Made by a program: the position numbers and the translations under genes | Notes under the pieces: model-generated | Told to the model about the DNA's origin: nothing | Seen by the model: the letters and a program-made list of their open reading frames with translations, nothing else | Databases searched by the model: none | Assembly (NCBI GenBank): GCA_040752695.1 | Contig: JBFMGO010000062.1 | Span: 1 to 33,600, forward strand | Reading direction: 5' to 3' | Length of the DNA stretch: 33,600 bases | From: a bacterium | GTDB taxonomy: Bacteria > SZUA-182 > DTGQ01 | Shown here: piece by piece, positions 17,243 through 27,375 of the stretch | Position numbering within the stretch: position 1 is the stretch's first letter | Layout: every line of letters starts with the position of its first letter

Positions 17243-18589
17243 ATGGGTCTGACTGGTATTCAGATTTTTAAATACCTCCCGAAAACCAATTGCGGGGACT
17301 GCAAGTTCCCTACCTGTTTAGCGTTTGCCATGAGACTGGCTGCTGCCCAGGTCCGCCTGGACGCCTGTCCGCATGTTTCGGAAGAAGGCAAGAAGATTTT
17401 GAATGAAGTATCTGCCCCTCCTGTCCGGCTGGTAAAAATAGGAGCAGGCGACCGGGTAATCGAAACAGGCGATGAAACCGTTTTGTTCCGTCACGAAAAG
17501 AAATTCAATCATCCTCCCGGACTGGCTCTGGCTATTGCAGATAATCTTTCCGACCAGGAGATTGAGCAAAAGGTTCAGGAAGTCAATAATTCAACTATGG
17601 AGCGCGTCGGTCAGCAGCTTCGGGTCGACTTGATCAGTCTTCAGGACAAATCGGGCGATGCTGCCAGGTTCTCACAGGTGGCCAAAAAGGTGGCCGGATT
17701 ATCATCGGCAGCTTTGATATTGCAATCCTTAAAGCCTGAAACCATGAAGGCGGCTCTTATCGAGACAGCGGCACGAAAGCCGCTTATTTACGCGGCCACG
17801 CAGGATAATTACAGCCAGATGGCAGCACTGGCCAAGGAATATCAAACACCCCTGACCGTTTACAGCGATCAGGGCCTTGAAGCGCTGTCGGATCTTGTAG
17901 ACAAGGTAACTGCCGCGGGCGTTGAGGATCTGGTTCTGGATTCTGGAGCCAGAAGTTCGGGCAAGATGCTTTCTGACCTCACGCAAATCCGGCGCGCTGC
18001 GATCAAGAAAAAATTCAAATCCTTAGGCTATCCTGCTATCGTTTTCCCCGGCGAGGGCGAGAGTGATCCTTTGATGGAGGCAGTCCGGGCAGGGATCGGC
18101 ATTGCCAAGTATGCTTCCCTGATCGTCTTGAACAGCATCAGGAAAGAAGCGCTTCTGCCTCTTTACACTCTGCGGCAGAATATTTACACCGATCCGCAGC
18201 AGCCGATGCAGGTTGCAGAAAATCTGTACAAAGTGGGTGAGCCTGCTGCAGATTCTCCTTTACTCATCACTACCAATTTCTCGCTGACCTACTTTATCGT
18301 CCTGGGAGAGGTCGAAAACAGCAAAGTACCTTCCTGGCTGCTGGTTGCAGATTCCGAAGGGCTGTCAGTACTGACCGCCTGGGCTGCCGATAAATTCAAC
18401 GCTCCTAAAATCGCCAAGCTGGTGAAGAAGCAAAATATCGAGGAGAAAATCAAGCACCGCAACCTGATCATCCCCGGCTACGTTTCAGTCCTATCCGGAG
18501 AGATCGAGGAGGAATTGCCCGGATGGAAAGTGCTGGTCGGTCCCCGTGAGGCGGCGAATCTTCCCAAGTACCTGAGAGATATGGCCTGA
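17243..18589 (+). CDS. acsC: corrinoid iron-sulfur protein large subunit
   Basis: LPKTNCGDCKFPTCLAFA...CP, GDETVLFRHEK, RQNIYTDPQ, TTNFSLTYF, GLSVLTAWAADKF, GPREA. Confidence 0.95.
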   Translation: MGLTGIQIFKYLPKTNCGDCKFPTCLAFAMRLAAAQVRLDACPHVSEEGKKILNEVSAPPVRLVKIGAGDRVIETGDETVLFRHEKKFNHPPGLALAIADNLSDQEIEQKVQEVNNSTMERVGQQLRVDLISLQDKSGDAARFSQVAKKVAGLSSAALILQSLKPETMKAALIETAARKPLIYAATQDNYSQMAALAKEYQTPLTVYSDQGLEALSDLVDKVTAAGVEDLVLDSGARSSGKMLSDLTQIRRAAIKKKFKSLGYPAIVFPGEGESDPLMEAVRAGIGIAKYASLIVLNSIRKEALLPLYTLRQNIYTDPQQPMQVAENLYKVGEPAADSPLLITTNFSLTYFIVLGEVENSKVPSWLLVADSEGLSVLTAWAADKFNAPKIAKLVKKQNIEEKIKHRNLIIPGYVSVLSGEIEEELPGWKVLVGPREAANLPKYLRDMA

Positions 18590-18754
18590 TGACACCATGA
18601 CATGGGTTTCAAGGACCAACCTCCATAGGAAAAACAGCATTAGGTTATACGTGATAGGATCGGTCATAACTATTAGGTTACATCCCCAGCAGTATTCGCA
18701 TAAGGTAAGTCACTAGGTACGACTACTCCAGACGTTTTTCAGCGGCATAAGGAG

Positions 18755-20704
18755 ATGATAATGGATCAAAAAGAGTTTTCATCGTGTAAAGCCTGTAACG
18801 AGATTTTCGAATTAGTAGAGCAGGGTCTCAACCTTACCGCCTTTCACAGGGCGGAAGAGCTGAAACCCTGTCCATTTGGAAGCCAGGGCCTGTGCTGCAA
18901 GAATTGTGCTATGGGACCTTGCCGTTTAAGCACCAAAGAGGGGGGAACCAAAAAGGGAGTGTGCGGTGCCACGGCAGCCACGATAGCTGCCCGCAATTTT
19001 GCCCGGATGATCGCTGCCGGCGCTGCATCACACTCTGATCATGGCCGGGATATTATTAAGACTTTTTCGATGGTGGCTGAGGGAAAAGCCGAAGGGTCGG
19101 GCTATGAAATCAAAGACATCAATAAACTGATGATGCTGGCCCAGGATTTTGGAGTCGAGACCGAAGGAAAGAGCTCGATGCAGGTTGCCAAAGAGCTGGC
19201 ACCAAAGCTCTCGGCGGAATTCGGCAAGCAGGAAGGTGAATTGCAGTTTATCCAGCGGGCACCGGAGAAGCGGCAGGCCCTCTGGCGGGAGCAGGGCATG
19301 GTTCCACGCGGTGTGGATCGTGAAATCGTGGAAATCATGCACCGCACCCATATGGGCGTGGACCAGGATGCGGAGAATATCCTGCGGCACGGCACCAGGG
19401 CAGCGCTGGCTGATGGCTGGGGCGGCTCCATGCTGGCCACCGAGGTGCAGGATATCCTGTTTGGCACTCCTATCCCCTTACGAGGAAAGGTAAACCTGGG
19501 AGTATTGAAAAAAGATCAGGTCAACATCATCGTTCATGGCCATGATCCTTTGCTTTCTGAAATGCTGGTTGTAGCGGCTCAAGACCCTGAAATGACAGCC
19601 AAAGCCAAAGCAAAGGGAGCGAACGGCATCAATCTGGCCGGTATCTGCTGTACAGCCAATGAAATTTTACTGCGCCACGGCATCCCGGTGGCGGGAAATT
19701 TCCTGCAGCAGGAAATAGCGATTTTAACCGGTGTAGTCGATGCCATGATCGTCGATGTACAATGCGTTATGCAATCTCTGGCCGACCTTGTCCAGTGCTA
19801 CCATACCGAGTTGATTACCACCTCCGAGAAGGCTAAGGTGTCAGACGCTACCCACATGCAATTTGAAGAGCATAGCGCTCTCACGATAGCCAAGGAGATT
19901 ATCGGACGGGGGATTGAAAACTTTGGAAAGCGAAATCCCGACAAGATCATCCTGCCCAAGGATGAAGTGGATCTGGTTGCAGGATTCAGCCACGAAACCA
20001 TTAACTATATGTTGGGAGGATCATTCAGGGCATCCTATCGCCCCTTGAACGATAATATCATGAATGGCAGGATCCTTGGTGTGGCAGGCGTGGTAGGGTG
20101 CAGTAATCCACGGGTGAAGCACGACTATGTGACCAATACCCTGGTGAAGGAATTGATTAAAAACAACGTGCTGGTGGTCCAGACCGGATGTGCTGCCATT
20201 GCCTGTGCCAAAGAGGGCCTTTTGACCCCTGAGGCTGCCCGGCTGGCCGGACCCGGACTGGCTGAAGTATGTGAGACCGTGGGTATGCCGCCGGTACTTC
20301 ACTGCGGATCGTGCGTGGATAACAGCCGGCTGTTGATGGCAGCTACGGCTATGGTTAAAGAGGGCGGCCTTGGAGACGATATCAGCGATCTTCCCCTGGC
20401 CGGATGTGCACCTGAATGGATGAGTGAGAAGGCGATTGCTATCGGACAGTATTTTGTCGGTTCCGGAGTTTTTACGGTCTTTGGAGCTGCCTTCCCCATT
20501 ATGGGAAGTGAAGAGGTTAAAGACCTCCTGTTCCAGAAATTCGAAAAGATCACCAAGGGAAAATGGGCTTTTGAGCTTGACCCGATCAAGATGGCTCACC
20601 TGATGATCGATCATATCAGGGCTAAACGCGTGGCGCTGGGGATCGAGAAAAAGCAGGAGCGCGTTCTGTATGATATGGCCATGAGAAGGTCCCTGGAGGT
20701 CTAA
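18755..20704 (+). CDS. cooS: anaerobic [NiFe] carbon monoxide dehydrogenase catalytic subunit
   Basis: D/B-cluster motif CPFGSQGLCCKNCAMGPC...CGA; SHSDH; C-cluster ligand motifs HGHD, GICCT, DVQC, VGCSN, TGCA, GSCVDN; WMSEKA. Confidence 0.96.
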   Translation: MIMDQKEFSSCKACNEIFELVEQGLNLTAFHRAEELKPCPFGSQGLCCKNCAMGPCRLSTKEGGTKKGVCGATAATIAARNFARMIAAGAASHSDHGRDIIKTFSMVAEGKAEGSGYEIKDINKLMMLAQDFGVETEGKSSMQVAKELAPKLSAEFGKQEGELQFIQRAPEKRQALWREQGMVPRGVDREIVEIMHRTHMGVDQDAENILRHGTRAALADGWGGSMLATEVQDILFGTPIPLRGKVNLGVLKKDQVNIIVHGHDPLLSEMLVVAAQDPEMTAKAKAKGANGINLAGICCTANEILLRHGIPVAGNFLQQEIAILTGVVDAMIVDVQCVMQSLADLVQCYHTELITTSEKAKVSDATHMQFEEHSALTIAKEIIGRGIENFGKRNPDKIILPKDEVDLVAGFSHETINYMLGGSFRASYRPLNDNIMNGRILGVAGVVGCSNPRVKHDYVTNTLVKELIKNNVLVVQTGCAAIACAKEGLLTPEAARLAGPGLAEVCETVGMPPVLHCGSCVDNSRLLMAATAMVKEGGLGDDISDLPLAGCAPEWMSEKAIAIGQYFVGSGVFTVFGAAFPIMGSEEVKDLLFQKFEKITKGKWAFELDPIKMAHLMIDHIRAKRVALGIEKKQERVLYDMAMRRSLEV

Positions 20705-20805
20705 ACGAATTTTTCAGTCTTCCAAGTCCCAAAGAGAAACTTTTTGCATGTATTGATAGAACCGAAGGCTGTCATGATGAGTAAAACGCATAAAAGGGGT
20801 AAACG

Positions 20806-23013
20806 ATGTCAAAAATAATCGCTTCCGCTGCCATTCGTGGAGCACATAAAATTGTCGAAAGAGCTGAAAACTCTCTCTCCCAGGCCCTGGCGCAATATGG
20901 CCCTGAGCAGGTGATTGAGTTTCCCAATACCGGCTACTACCTGCCGGTTATCTACGGTATGTCGGGCATGAAAGCCCAGAAACTGAGTGATCTTTCTCCC
21001 ATCTTGAGCAGGGCGAAATCTTTGCTGCCCCCTCATCCTACGGACAAGGTATGGCTTCCTTATCTGGGACATGCCCTGGATGCGGGAATGGCCACTCTCT
21101 TTGCCGATGAGATCATCGAAATTATCAAATATCTGCAAGCCCCTGTGCCTTACTCCGTAACGGAGAATTGCCCGGAGGATGGTGCCCCATGGCTGGGTGC
21201 GGCTGATGACGTGATTATGCGCAAGCGCGGCATTGAGTTCGTGGACGGGACCGCGCCCGGATTCGCCGCCTGTGTAGGGGCCTGCCCAACCAGCGAGATC
21301 GCGGTGAAGATTGCCCGTGAGCTTCAGGAGAAGAACCTGTACGTCTTTATGTCTGCCGATACCCACGGCAGGAGCATGGCTGAGCAGTTGAAGGAAGAGG
21401 GTGTCCAGATGGGATGGGAAACGCGGCTGGTCCCCTTTGGCAAGGATATCACTTCCACGGTATTTGCGCTTGGATTTGCCACCAGGGCGGCCATGTCGTT
21501 CGGAGGGGTAAAGCCGGGTGATTATAGTAAGATCTTAAAGTACAACAAGAATCGAATCTTCGCTTTCGTTCTGGCCCTGGGCGAGGTTGATGACGAGAAA
21601 TACGCTCAGGCAGCCGGGGCCATTAACTATGGCTTTCCGGTCATCGCCGATACCGACATCCCGCAGATTCTGCCCACCGGTGTCTGCACTTACGAGCACG
21701 TGGTTTCCCGTATCCCTCATGATAAGATCGTGGGCAAGGCAGTCGAGGTGCGGGGTTTGAAAGTGGCTATACACAAGGTTCCCGTACCGGTATCCTACGG
21801 CCCGGCTTTCGAGGGTGAGAGAGTGCGCAAAGAGGATACCTATGTTGAAATGGGTGGCAACAAAACACCGGCTTTCGAATTTGCCACCATGAGAGAGATG
21901 AACGAAATCGAGGATGGCCAGATCACGGTCGTAGGGCCGGAAATCGACGATATACCTGAAGGGTCCCAGTTGCCCCTGGGTATAGTCTGTGAAGTAGCTG
22001 GCCGGGAATTTCAATCTGACTTTGAGTCTATTATCGAGCGTCAGATTCACCGCTACCTGAACGAGGCTCAAGGGGTATTTCATATGGGCCAGCGCGACAT
22101 AAGCTGGGTCCGTATCAGTAAGGAAGCCAAGCAAAAAGGGTTCAAGCTGCACCACCTGGGGGACATTCTGCATGCCAAGCTGCATGCCGATTATTCGGCC
22201 ATTCTGGATAAGGTCAAGGTGACTGTCTACACCAAAGAGGAAGATGTGCTGGCCCAGAGGGAGACAGCCCGCAAGGCGTATCATTTCCGTGACGAGAGAA
22301 TCGGCTCTTTGACCGACGAGAGCGTGGATACGTATTACTCCTGCACGCTGTGCCAGTCCTTTGCTCCCAACCATATCTGCGTGATCACACCAGAGCGAAG
22401 CGGGCTGTGTGGGGCTTATAACTGGCTGGATGGTAAAGCTGCCTACCAGATTGATCCCACAGGCCCCAACCAGCCGATCGCCAAAGGGGATGTGACGGAT
22501 TCGGGCAAAGGGCAATGGACCGGAGTTAACGATTTTATTTTCAAAGGCTCCCGTCAGACCATCGAGCGGTTCAATGCCTACAGCATCATGGAAGATCCCA
22601 TGACCTCCTGCGGCTGCTTTGAGTGCATCTCCGGCGTTCTGCCCATGGCCAATGCCATTATGACCGTCAACCGTGAGTATGCTGGCATGACACCGGCAGG
22701 GATGAAGTTCTCGACTCTGGCCGGTACAGTAGGCGGCGGGCTGCAAACACCGGGCTTTACCGGACATAGCAAGCACTACATCGGCAGTGCCAAGTTCATC
22801 TCAGCCGAAGGCAGCATCTTACGGGTAGCCTGGATGCCGAAGGAATTGAAAAATGAGCTTCGGCCCATGATCGAAAGGCGGGGGAAAGAGCTGGGTGTAG
22901 AAAACCTGTACGATATGATCGCCGATGAGGAAACGGCCACGACGGAAGAGGAAGTGATGGAATTTATGGCCAGGGTGAACCATCCTGCCCTGAATTTACC
23001 GCCCCTGTTCTAG
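20806..23013 (+). CDS. acsB: acetyl-CoA synthase (bacterial-type ACS subunit)
   Basis: FPNTGYYLP, GPAFEGER, A-cluster ligands SCTLCQSFAPNHIC..GLCGA and PMTSCGCFE. Confidence 0.96.
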   Translation: MSKIIASAAIRGAHKIVERAENSLSQALAQYGPEQVIEFPNTGYYLPVIYGMSGMKAQKLSDLSPILSRAKSLLPPHPTDKVWLPYLGHALDAGMATLFADEIIEIIKYLQAPVPYSVTENCPEDGAPWLGAADDVIMRKRGIEFVDGTAPGFAACVGACPTSEIAVKIARELQEKNLYVFMSADTHGRSMAEQLKEEGVQMGWETRLVPFGKDITSTVFALGFATRAAMSFGGVKPGDYSKILKYNKNRIFAFVLALGEVDDEKYAQAAGAINYGFPVIADTDIPQILPTGVCTYEHVVSRIPHDKIVGKAVEVRGLKVAIHKVPVPVSYGPAFEGERVRKEDTYVEMGGNKTPAFEFATMREMNEIEDGQITVVGPEIDDIPEGSQLPLGIVCEVAGREFQSDFESIIERQIHRYLNEAQGVFHMGQRDISWVRISKEAKQKGFKLHHLGDILHAKLHADYSAILDKVKVTVYTKEEDVLAQRETARKAYHFRDERIGSLTDESVDTYYSCTLCQSFAPNHICVITPERSGLCGAYNWLDGKAAYQIDPTGPNQPIAKGDVTDSGKGQWTGVNDFIFKGSRQTIERFNAYSIMEDPMTSCGCFECISGVLPMANAIMTVNREYAGMTPAGMKFSTLAGTVGGGLQTPGFTGHSKHYIGSAKFISAEGSILRVAWMPKELKNELRPMIERRGKELGVENLYDMIADEETATTEEEVMEFMARVNHPALNLPPLF

Positions 23014-23067
23014 TCACAATAAGGTTGACTTAAGAGCAGGTAAATGGCAAGATAAGGAAAAGCAAAG

Positions 23068-23130
23068 ACTTTGAGGGCTGAACAATGGGCCTGAACGATT
23101 TTGGCTGATGTGTTCAGCCCTTAAGTTTTT
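23068..23130 (+). terminator. putative intrinsic terminator or stabilising hairpin after acsB
   Basis: 11-bp stem agggctgaaca (23074-23084) / tgttcagccct (23111-23121) followed by taagttttt. The loop is long (26 nt). Confidence 0.5.
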
Positions 23131-23228
23131 GGATCTTCAGGCAGAGAAGAAACTGCGAGTGAAAAAAATATAAAAAATACAAAAAACCACTGAAGACAAA
23201 ACAATTTTCTATTATCATCAAGGAGGAA

Positions 23229-24611
23229 ATGGATATGATCGGATGTCATGTGGGTAATTGTTTTCAGGTTACGGTAGCAGGCGGCTCCTACCAGGAGGGG
23301 CTGGTTGCTGTAGTGCAGGGAGTTCCGTCCGGCCTCCTTCTTGCGGAAAGTGAGATCTATGGGGACCTTCTGCTTAGAAAGCCAGGCACTGATGAGCTTT
23401 CCTCACCCCGGAAAGAGCCGGATCTTCCTGTCCTTTACACAGGTCTCAATGCTGCGGATACCATTGAAAATGCCGGGAATATGGGTTATACCAACGGTAC
23501 TCCCGTCACTGTCCTGATCCCCAACCTTGACCGGCACTTTATTCACATCAAACAGTATCAGGATACGAACCGCACACCACGGCCAGGCCATGCTTCCTAT
23601 GCGTCGTTCATGAAATATGGTCCTGCGGATGATGCCATCGGAGCAGGCTTGTTCAGTGGCCGCTATACCGCTCCCATCGTGGCTGCGGGCTCTATAGCAA
23701 GGAAAGTGCTCAGTATCTGCGGAATCGAGGTATTCTCCTATATCAAGGAGATAGCCGGGGTCAGATGCAGTGATATCGGCTATGACCGGATCCTTGCCTC
23801 TACCAGGGAATACAAAAGGATGCGCCGGGATTTCGATCCCTTCTACCAGGAAGTATATGTTAAAAATCGCATCACACCGAAGATGCACTTTCTTGAAAAG
23901 ATGAAGGTCCTGGCCGAGATCGAGCAGGAAATCGATCCCATTCGAGACCGGGGGCCGAAATTTCAGCAGGATGAAGTGCGGGCACGATATGGCGTACACC
24001 CTGTTGTCAATTGCCCGGATCTTGCGGCAGCGGATGCCATGGTGGAAGCATGCCGGAAAATTTCGGAAACCGGCGATTCCGCGGGCGGTGTCGTAGAGGT
24101 GATAGCCATGGGTGTCCCTGCCGGACTTGGCGAGCCTGTTTTCAATAAGCTGGACGCAGAACTTGGCCGGATGCTTGGCATCGGCGCGGTCAAGGGTGTG
24201 GAAGTCGGCGCAGGATTTGCAGTCAAGGACATGACAGGAAGCCAGAGCAATGATGCCATGAAGTCAGAAAATGGCAAGGTCGTATTTATGTCGAATAATG
24301 CCGGCGGCATTACGGGCGGCCTGGCTACAGGGCAGCCTATTGTGGCCCGGTTGGCTGTAAAGCCTACGCCAACCATCGATAAGCAGCAGCAGACTATTGA
24401 TAAGTATACACGGGAAAACAGGACACTGGCCGCAATCACGCGACGGGATGCCACTATTGCCGGACGGATATGGCCTGTGGCGGAAAGCTTTACTGCGCTG
24501 GTACTGTTGGATGCACTTATGGCACATTATGGCTATCAAACACTGATAGAAAAAGTCGCCTTATGCCAATCTTCAGCCAGCCGGGAGAAGAACAAAGTTC
24601 AGGCAGGGTAG
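23229..24611 (+). CDS. aroC: chorismate synthase family protein (divergent, 460 aa)
   Basis: PRKEPD, TNGTP, PRPGHA, DSAGGVVE, GVPAGLGEPVFNKLDA, AVKGVEVGAGF, SNNAGGITGG, AVKPTPTI. The N-terminal GESHG motif reads GGSYQ. Confidence 0.8.
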   Translation: MDMIGCHVGNCFQVTVAGGSYQEGLVAVVQGVPSGLLLAESEIYGDLLLRKPGTDELSSPRKEPDLPVLYTGLNAADTIENAGNMGYTNGTPVTVLIPNLDRHFIHIKQYQDTNRTPRPGHASYASFMKYGPADDAIGAGLFSGRYTAPIVAAGSIARKVLSICGIEVFSYIKEIAGVRCSDIGYDRILASTREYKRMRRDFDPFYQEVYVKNRITPKMHFLEKMKVLAEIEQEIDPIRDRGPKFQQDEVRARYGVHPVVNCPDLAAADAMVEACRKISETGDSAGGVVEVIAMGVPAGLGEPVFNKLDAELGRMLGIGAVKGVEVGAGFAVKDMTGSQSNDAMKSENGKVVFMSNNAGGITGGLATGQPIVARLAVKPTPTIDKQQQTIDKYTRENRTLAAITRRDATIAGRIWPVAESFTALVLLDALMAHYGYQTLIEKVALCQSSASREKNKVQAG

Positions 24612-24628
24612 CCTGTGAATGAAAATGA

Positions 24629-25285
24629 ATGAGAATGATAAAAGCTGTTCTATTTGATAGTGACGGGCTGCTCGTTGACACCGAGCAGATATACTTTGAA
24701 GTGACTCAGGAAGTATTTGCATCGTCAGGAGCACATCTGACTCCGCAACAGTGGGCTCGCTGGTATCTTGGCGAGGGGAAAGGTACTCAAAAGATAGCTG
24801 AGTATCTTGGCATTCCTTCCGGCTTACCAGAAGAAGTCATCCGGAAAAGAGATGACGAATTCTGGAATCGCATTACTACGGAAGGGACTCCCATGCTCAA
24901 GGGCGTGCCGGAGGTACTGGAGAGTCTTTGTCAAGAGTTTCGTCTGGCGATCGTGACCGGGGCATCGAAAGATCACTTCGAACGTATTCATTCATCAACC
25001 GCTCTTACCGGATATTTCGAAACCATCGTTACGCGTGACGATTATCAGGAGCCGAAACCAAGCCCTCAGGCATACCTGACAGCGTTGAGAAAACTGGACC
25101 TTTGCTCACACGAATGCATAGCTGTTGAGGACTCCCCACGAGGGGTAATTGCTGCGGTATCTGCCGATATCCAATGTGTCCTTGTACCAACAAGCATTAC
25201 AGACACTTCCCTGTGTCCCGATGAGTGCCTGACCATTCAGGATCTGACCTTCCTTCCTGAACTCATAAGGAGTATAGGATCGTGA
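24629..25285 (+). CDS. HAD superfamily phosphatase (CbbY/beta-PGM-like)
   Basis: FDSDGLLVDTE, IVTGA, KPSP, VEDSPRGV. Confidence 0.88.
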   Translation: MRMIKAVLFDSDGLLVDTEQIYFEVTQEVFASSGAHLTPQQWARWYLGEGKGTQKIAEYLGIPSGLPEEVIRKRDDEFWNRITTEGTPMLKGVPEVLESLCQEFRLAIVTGASKDHFERIHSSTALTGYFETIVTRDDYQEPKPSPQAYLTALRKLDLCSHECIAVEDSPRGVIAAVSADIQCVLVPTSITDTSLCPDECLTIQDLTFLPELIRSIGS

Positions 25286-25899
25286 AAGCGCTTTCATATC
25301 TTTTTGAAAACAACCGGAAATGGGCTGCCCGCATAACACAATCGGACGCAATGTTTTTCCAAAAACTTGCCAGGCAGCAATCACCTGAATTGCTGTGGAT
25401 CGGGTGCTCCGATAGCCGGGTTCCAGCGAATGAAATCGTGGATCTTCTCCCCGGCGAGTTGTTTGTTCACCGTAATGTCGCTAATCTGGTGATCCATACC
25501 GATATGAACTGCCTGTCCGTACTTCAGTATGCCGTAGAAATATTGAAAGTGAAACACATTATCGTTTGCGGTCATTATGGATGCGGAGGCGTGAGGGCCG
25601 CACTTGAAAGCCAACCCCACGGACTCGTCGATAACTGGCTTCGTCATATTCGGGATGTTTACCGAAGGCATGCGCAGGATTTGACTACAGTCGCGGATGA
25701 GCAAAAGAGGCTGGATCGCCTCTGTGAGTTGAATGTCATCGAACAAGTCACGAATGTCGGCAACACGACTATTGTACAGGAGGCGTGGCAAAGAGGACAG
25801 CTCCTTACGATTCATGGCTGGATTTACGGACTCGCCAACGGCCTGTTGAAAGACATGGGAGTAAGCATTTCGGCTTATGAGGACTTGAGCCGGGAATAA
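25282..25899 (+). CDS. can: beta-class carbonic anhydrase
   Basis: WIGCSDSRVP, GELFVHRNVAN, CGHYGCGG; GTGA overlap with the HAD gene. Confidence 0.93.
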   Translation: MKALSYLFENNRKWAARITQSDAMFFQKLARQQSPELLWIGCSDSRVPANEIVDLLPGELFVHRNVANLVIHTDMNCLSVLQYAVEILKVKHIIVCGHYGCGGVRAALESQPHGLVDNWLRHIRDVYRRHAQDLTTVADEQKRLDRLCELNVIEQVTNVGNTTIVQEAWQRGQLLTIHGWIYGLANGLLKDMGVSISAYEDLSRE

Positions 25900-25960
25900 A
25901 AGGTTTTTCTCTATATAGAGAATAGAGACTGAATAATAACACTGAAAATAGGAAAGAAAA

Positions 25961-27298
25961 ATGTTTTCCAAGATTTTAATTGCCAATCGGGGCGAAATTG
26001 CTTTAAGGATAATCCGGGCCTGTAAAGAGTTAGGCATACGAACAGTAGCCGTTTACTCAGAGGCTGACAGGGATTCTTTGCATGTTCGATTCGCAGATGA
26101 GGCCATTTGTATTGGTAAATCCCAGAGCAAAGAAAGTTACCTGAACATTCCATCGATCATCAGTGCGGCTGAAGTTACCGATGTTGAGGCGATTCACCCT
26201 GGTTATGGCTTTTTATCTGAGAATCCCCATTTCGTGGAAATCTGTGAATCCTATAAGATTGCTTTTATCGGCCCTCCATCCGAAGCCATCGTCAAGATGG
26301 GAGACAAATCCGTTGCCAAAGAAACCATGAGAATGGCGGATGTCCCGGTGGTGCTGGGAAGCGAGGGCGCTGTAAAAGATGAAGCAGAAGTAATCCAGAT
26401 AGCGGAAAGGGTAGGCTATCCGGTCATGATCAAGGCATCTGCCGGAGGCGGCGGCAGGGGGATGAGGATTGCCCATAATAAAGAGAGCCTGGTTTCAGGC
26501 CTGCATATGGCCCAGAACGAAGCGCAGTCGGCCTTTGGGAATGCCGAAGTATATGTCGAAAAGTATATCGAAGATGCCCGTCATATAGAGATCCAGGTTC
26601 TGGCCGATAAATTCGGCAATACCATTCATTTGAGGGAAAGGGAATGCTCGATTCAAAGGCGGCACCAGAAGCTCATCGAAGAGACCCCTTCATCGGTGAT
26701 CGATGATAACCTCAGGGAAAGCATGGGACAGGCAGCGATAAGAGCTGCCCAGGCAGTCGGTTATCATAGTGCAGGCACCGTGGAATATATCCTGGATCAG
26801 CAGGGTAATTTTTATTTCATGGAGATGAATACCCGAATTCAGGTTGAGCACCCTATCACCGAAATGATTACCGGCGTAGACCTGGTCAAGGAGCAGATCC
26901 TTATTGCGGCAGGCGAAAAGTTATCCTGCCGGCAGGAGGATGTCACCTGCAACAGCCATTCTATAGAATGCAGAATCAATGCCGAAGATCCTGCCAATAA
27001 CTTTTCCCCCTCACCAGGCAAGATTACCAGGTATCATCCACCTGGCGGACCGGGTGTGCGCGTGGATTCCCACCTCTATGAGGGGTATGTTATCCCCCCT
27101 TACTACGACTCGCTCATCGCCAAACTGGTCGTTCACGCCGAGGACCGTAAATCTGCTATTCTCAGAATGCAAAGGGCACTGGGAGAATATATTATCGAAG
27201 GGGTAAAAACAACTATTCCTTTCCATCTGAGGGTGTTGAATCACGGTGATTTTCAGAAAGGAAAATATTCAACTACCTTTATCGAAAAAAACCTGTAG
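25961..27298 (+). CDS. accC: biotin carboxylase subunit (AccC or PycA type)
   Basis: [61 protein letters not shown]. Confidence 0.9.
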   Translation: MFSKILIANRGEIALRIIRACKELGIRTVAVYSEADRDSLHVRFADEAICIGKSQSKESYLNIPSIISAAEVTDVEAIHPGYGFLSENPHFVEICESYKIAFIGPPSEAIVKMGDKSVAKETMRMADVPVVLGSEGAVKDEAEVIQIAERVGYPVMIKASAGGGGRGMRIAHNKESLVSGLHMAQNEAQSAFGNAEVYVEKYIEDARHIEIQVLADKFGNTIHLRERECSIQRRHQKLIEETPSSVIDDNLRESMGQAAIRAAQAVGYHSAGTVEYILDQQGNFYFMEMNTRIQVEHPITEMITGVDLVKEQILIAAGEKLSCRQEDVTCNSHSIECRINAEDPANNFSPSPGKITRYHPPGGPGVRVDSHLYEGYVIPPYYDSLIAKLVVHAEDRKSAILRMQRALGEYIIEGVKTTIPFHLRVLNHGDFQKGKYSTTFIEKNL

Positions 27299-27339
27299 GT
27301 TACGGCATTATGGATAAAGTGTATGTTACGGATTACGCC

Positions 27340-27375
27340 ATTGGCTGTGTCGCGGTGTAAACTACACCGGCCAAT
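27340..27375 (-). promoter_or_regulatory. putative bacterial SECIS hairpin
   Basis: Minus-strand RNA 10 nt after the UGA: AUUGGC-CGGUGUA-GUU-UACACCG-CGACACA-GCCAAU. The apical loop begins with G, 23 nt downstream of the UGA. Confidence 0.65.

Noticed and set aside
18590..18754. CooA-type operator or riboswitch between acsC and cooS
   Set aside because: No convincing TGTCA-N6-CGACA-like site or cobalamin riboswitch core could be identified by eye; only loose TAGGT repeats.
21535..22776. 413-aa antisense ORF within acsB (and similar ones at 4058-4979, 16502-17116, 20021-20614)
   Set aside because: Shadow frames of well-conserved genes with no recognisable motifs.
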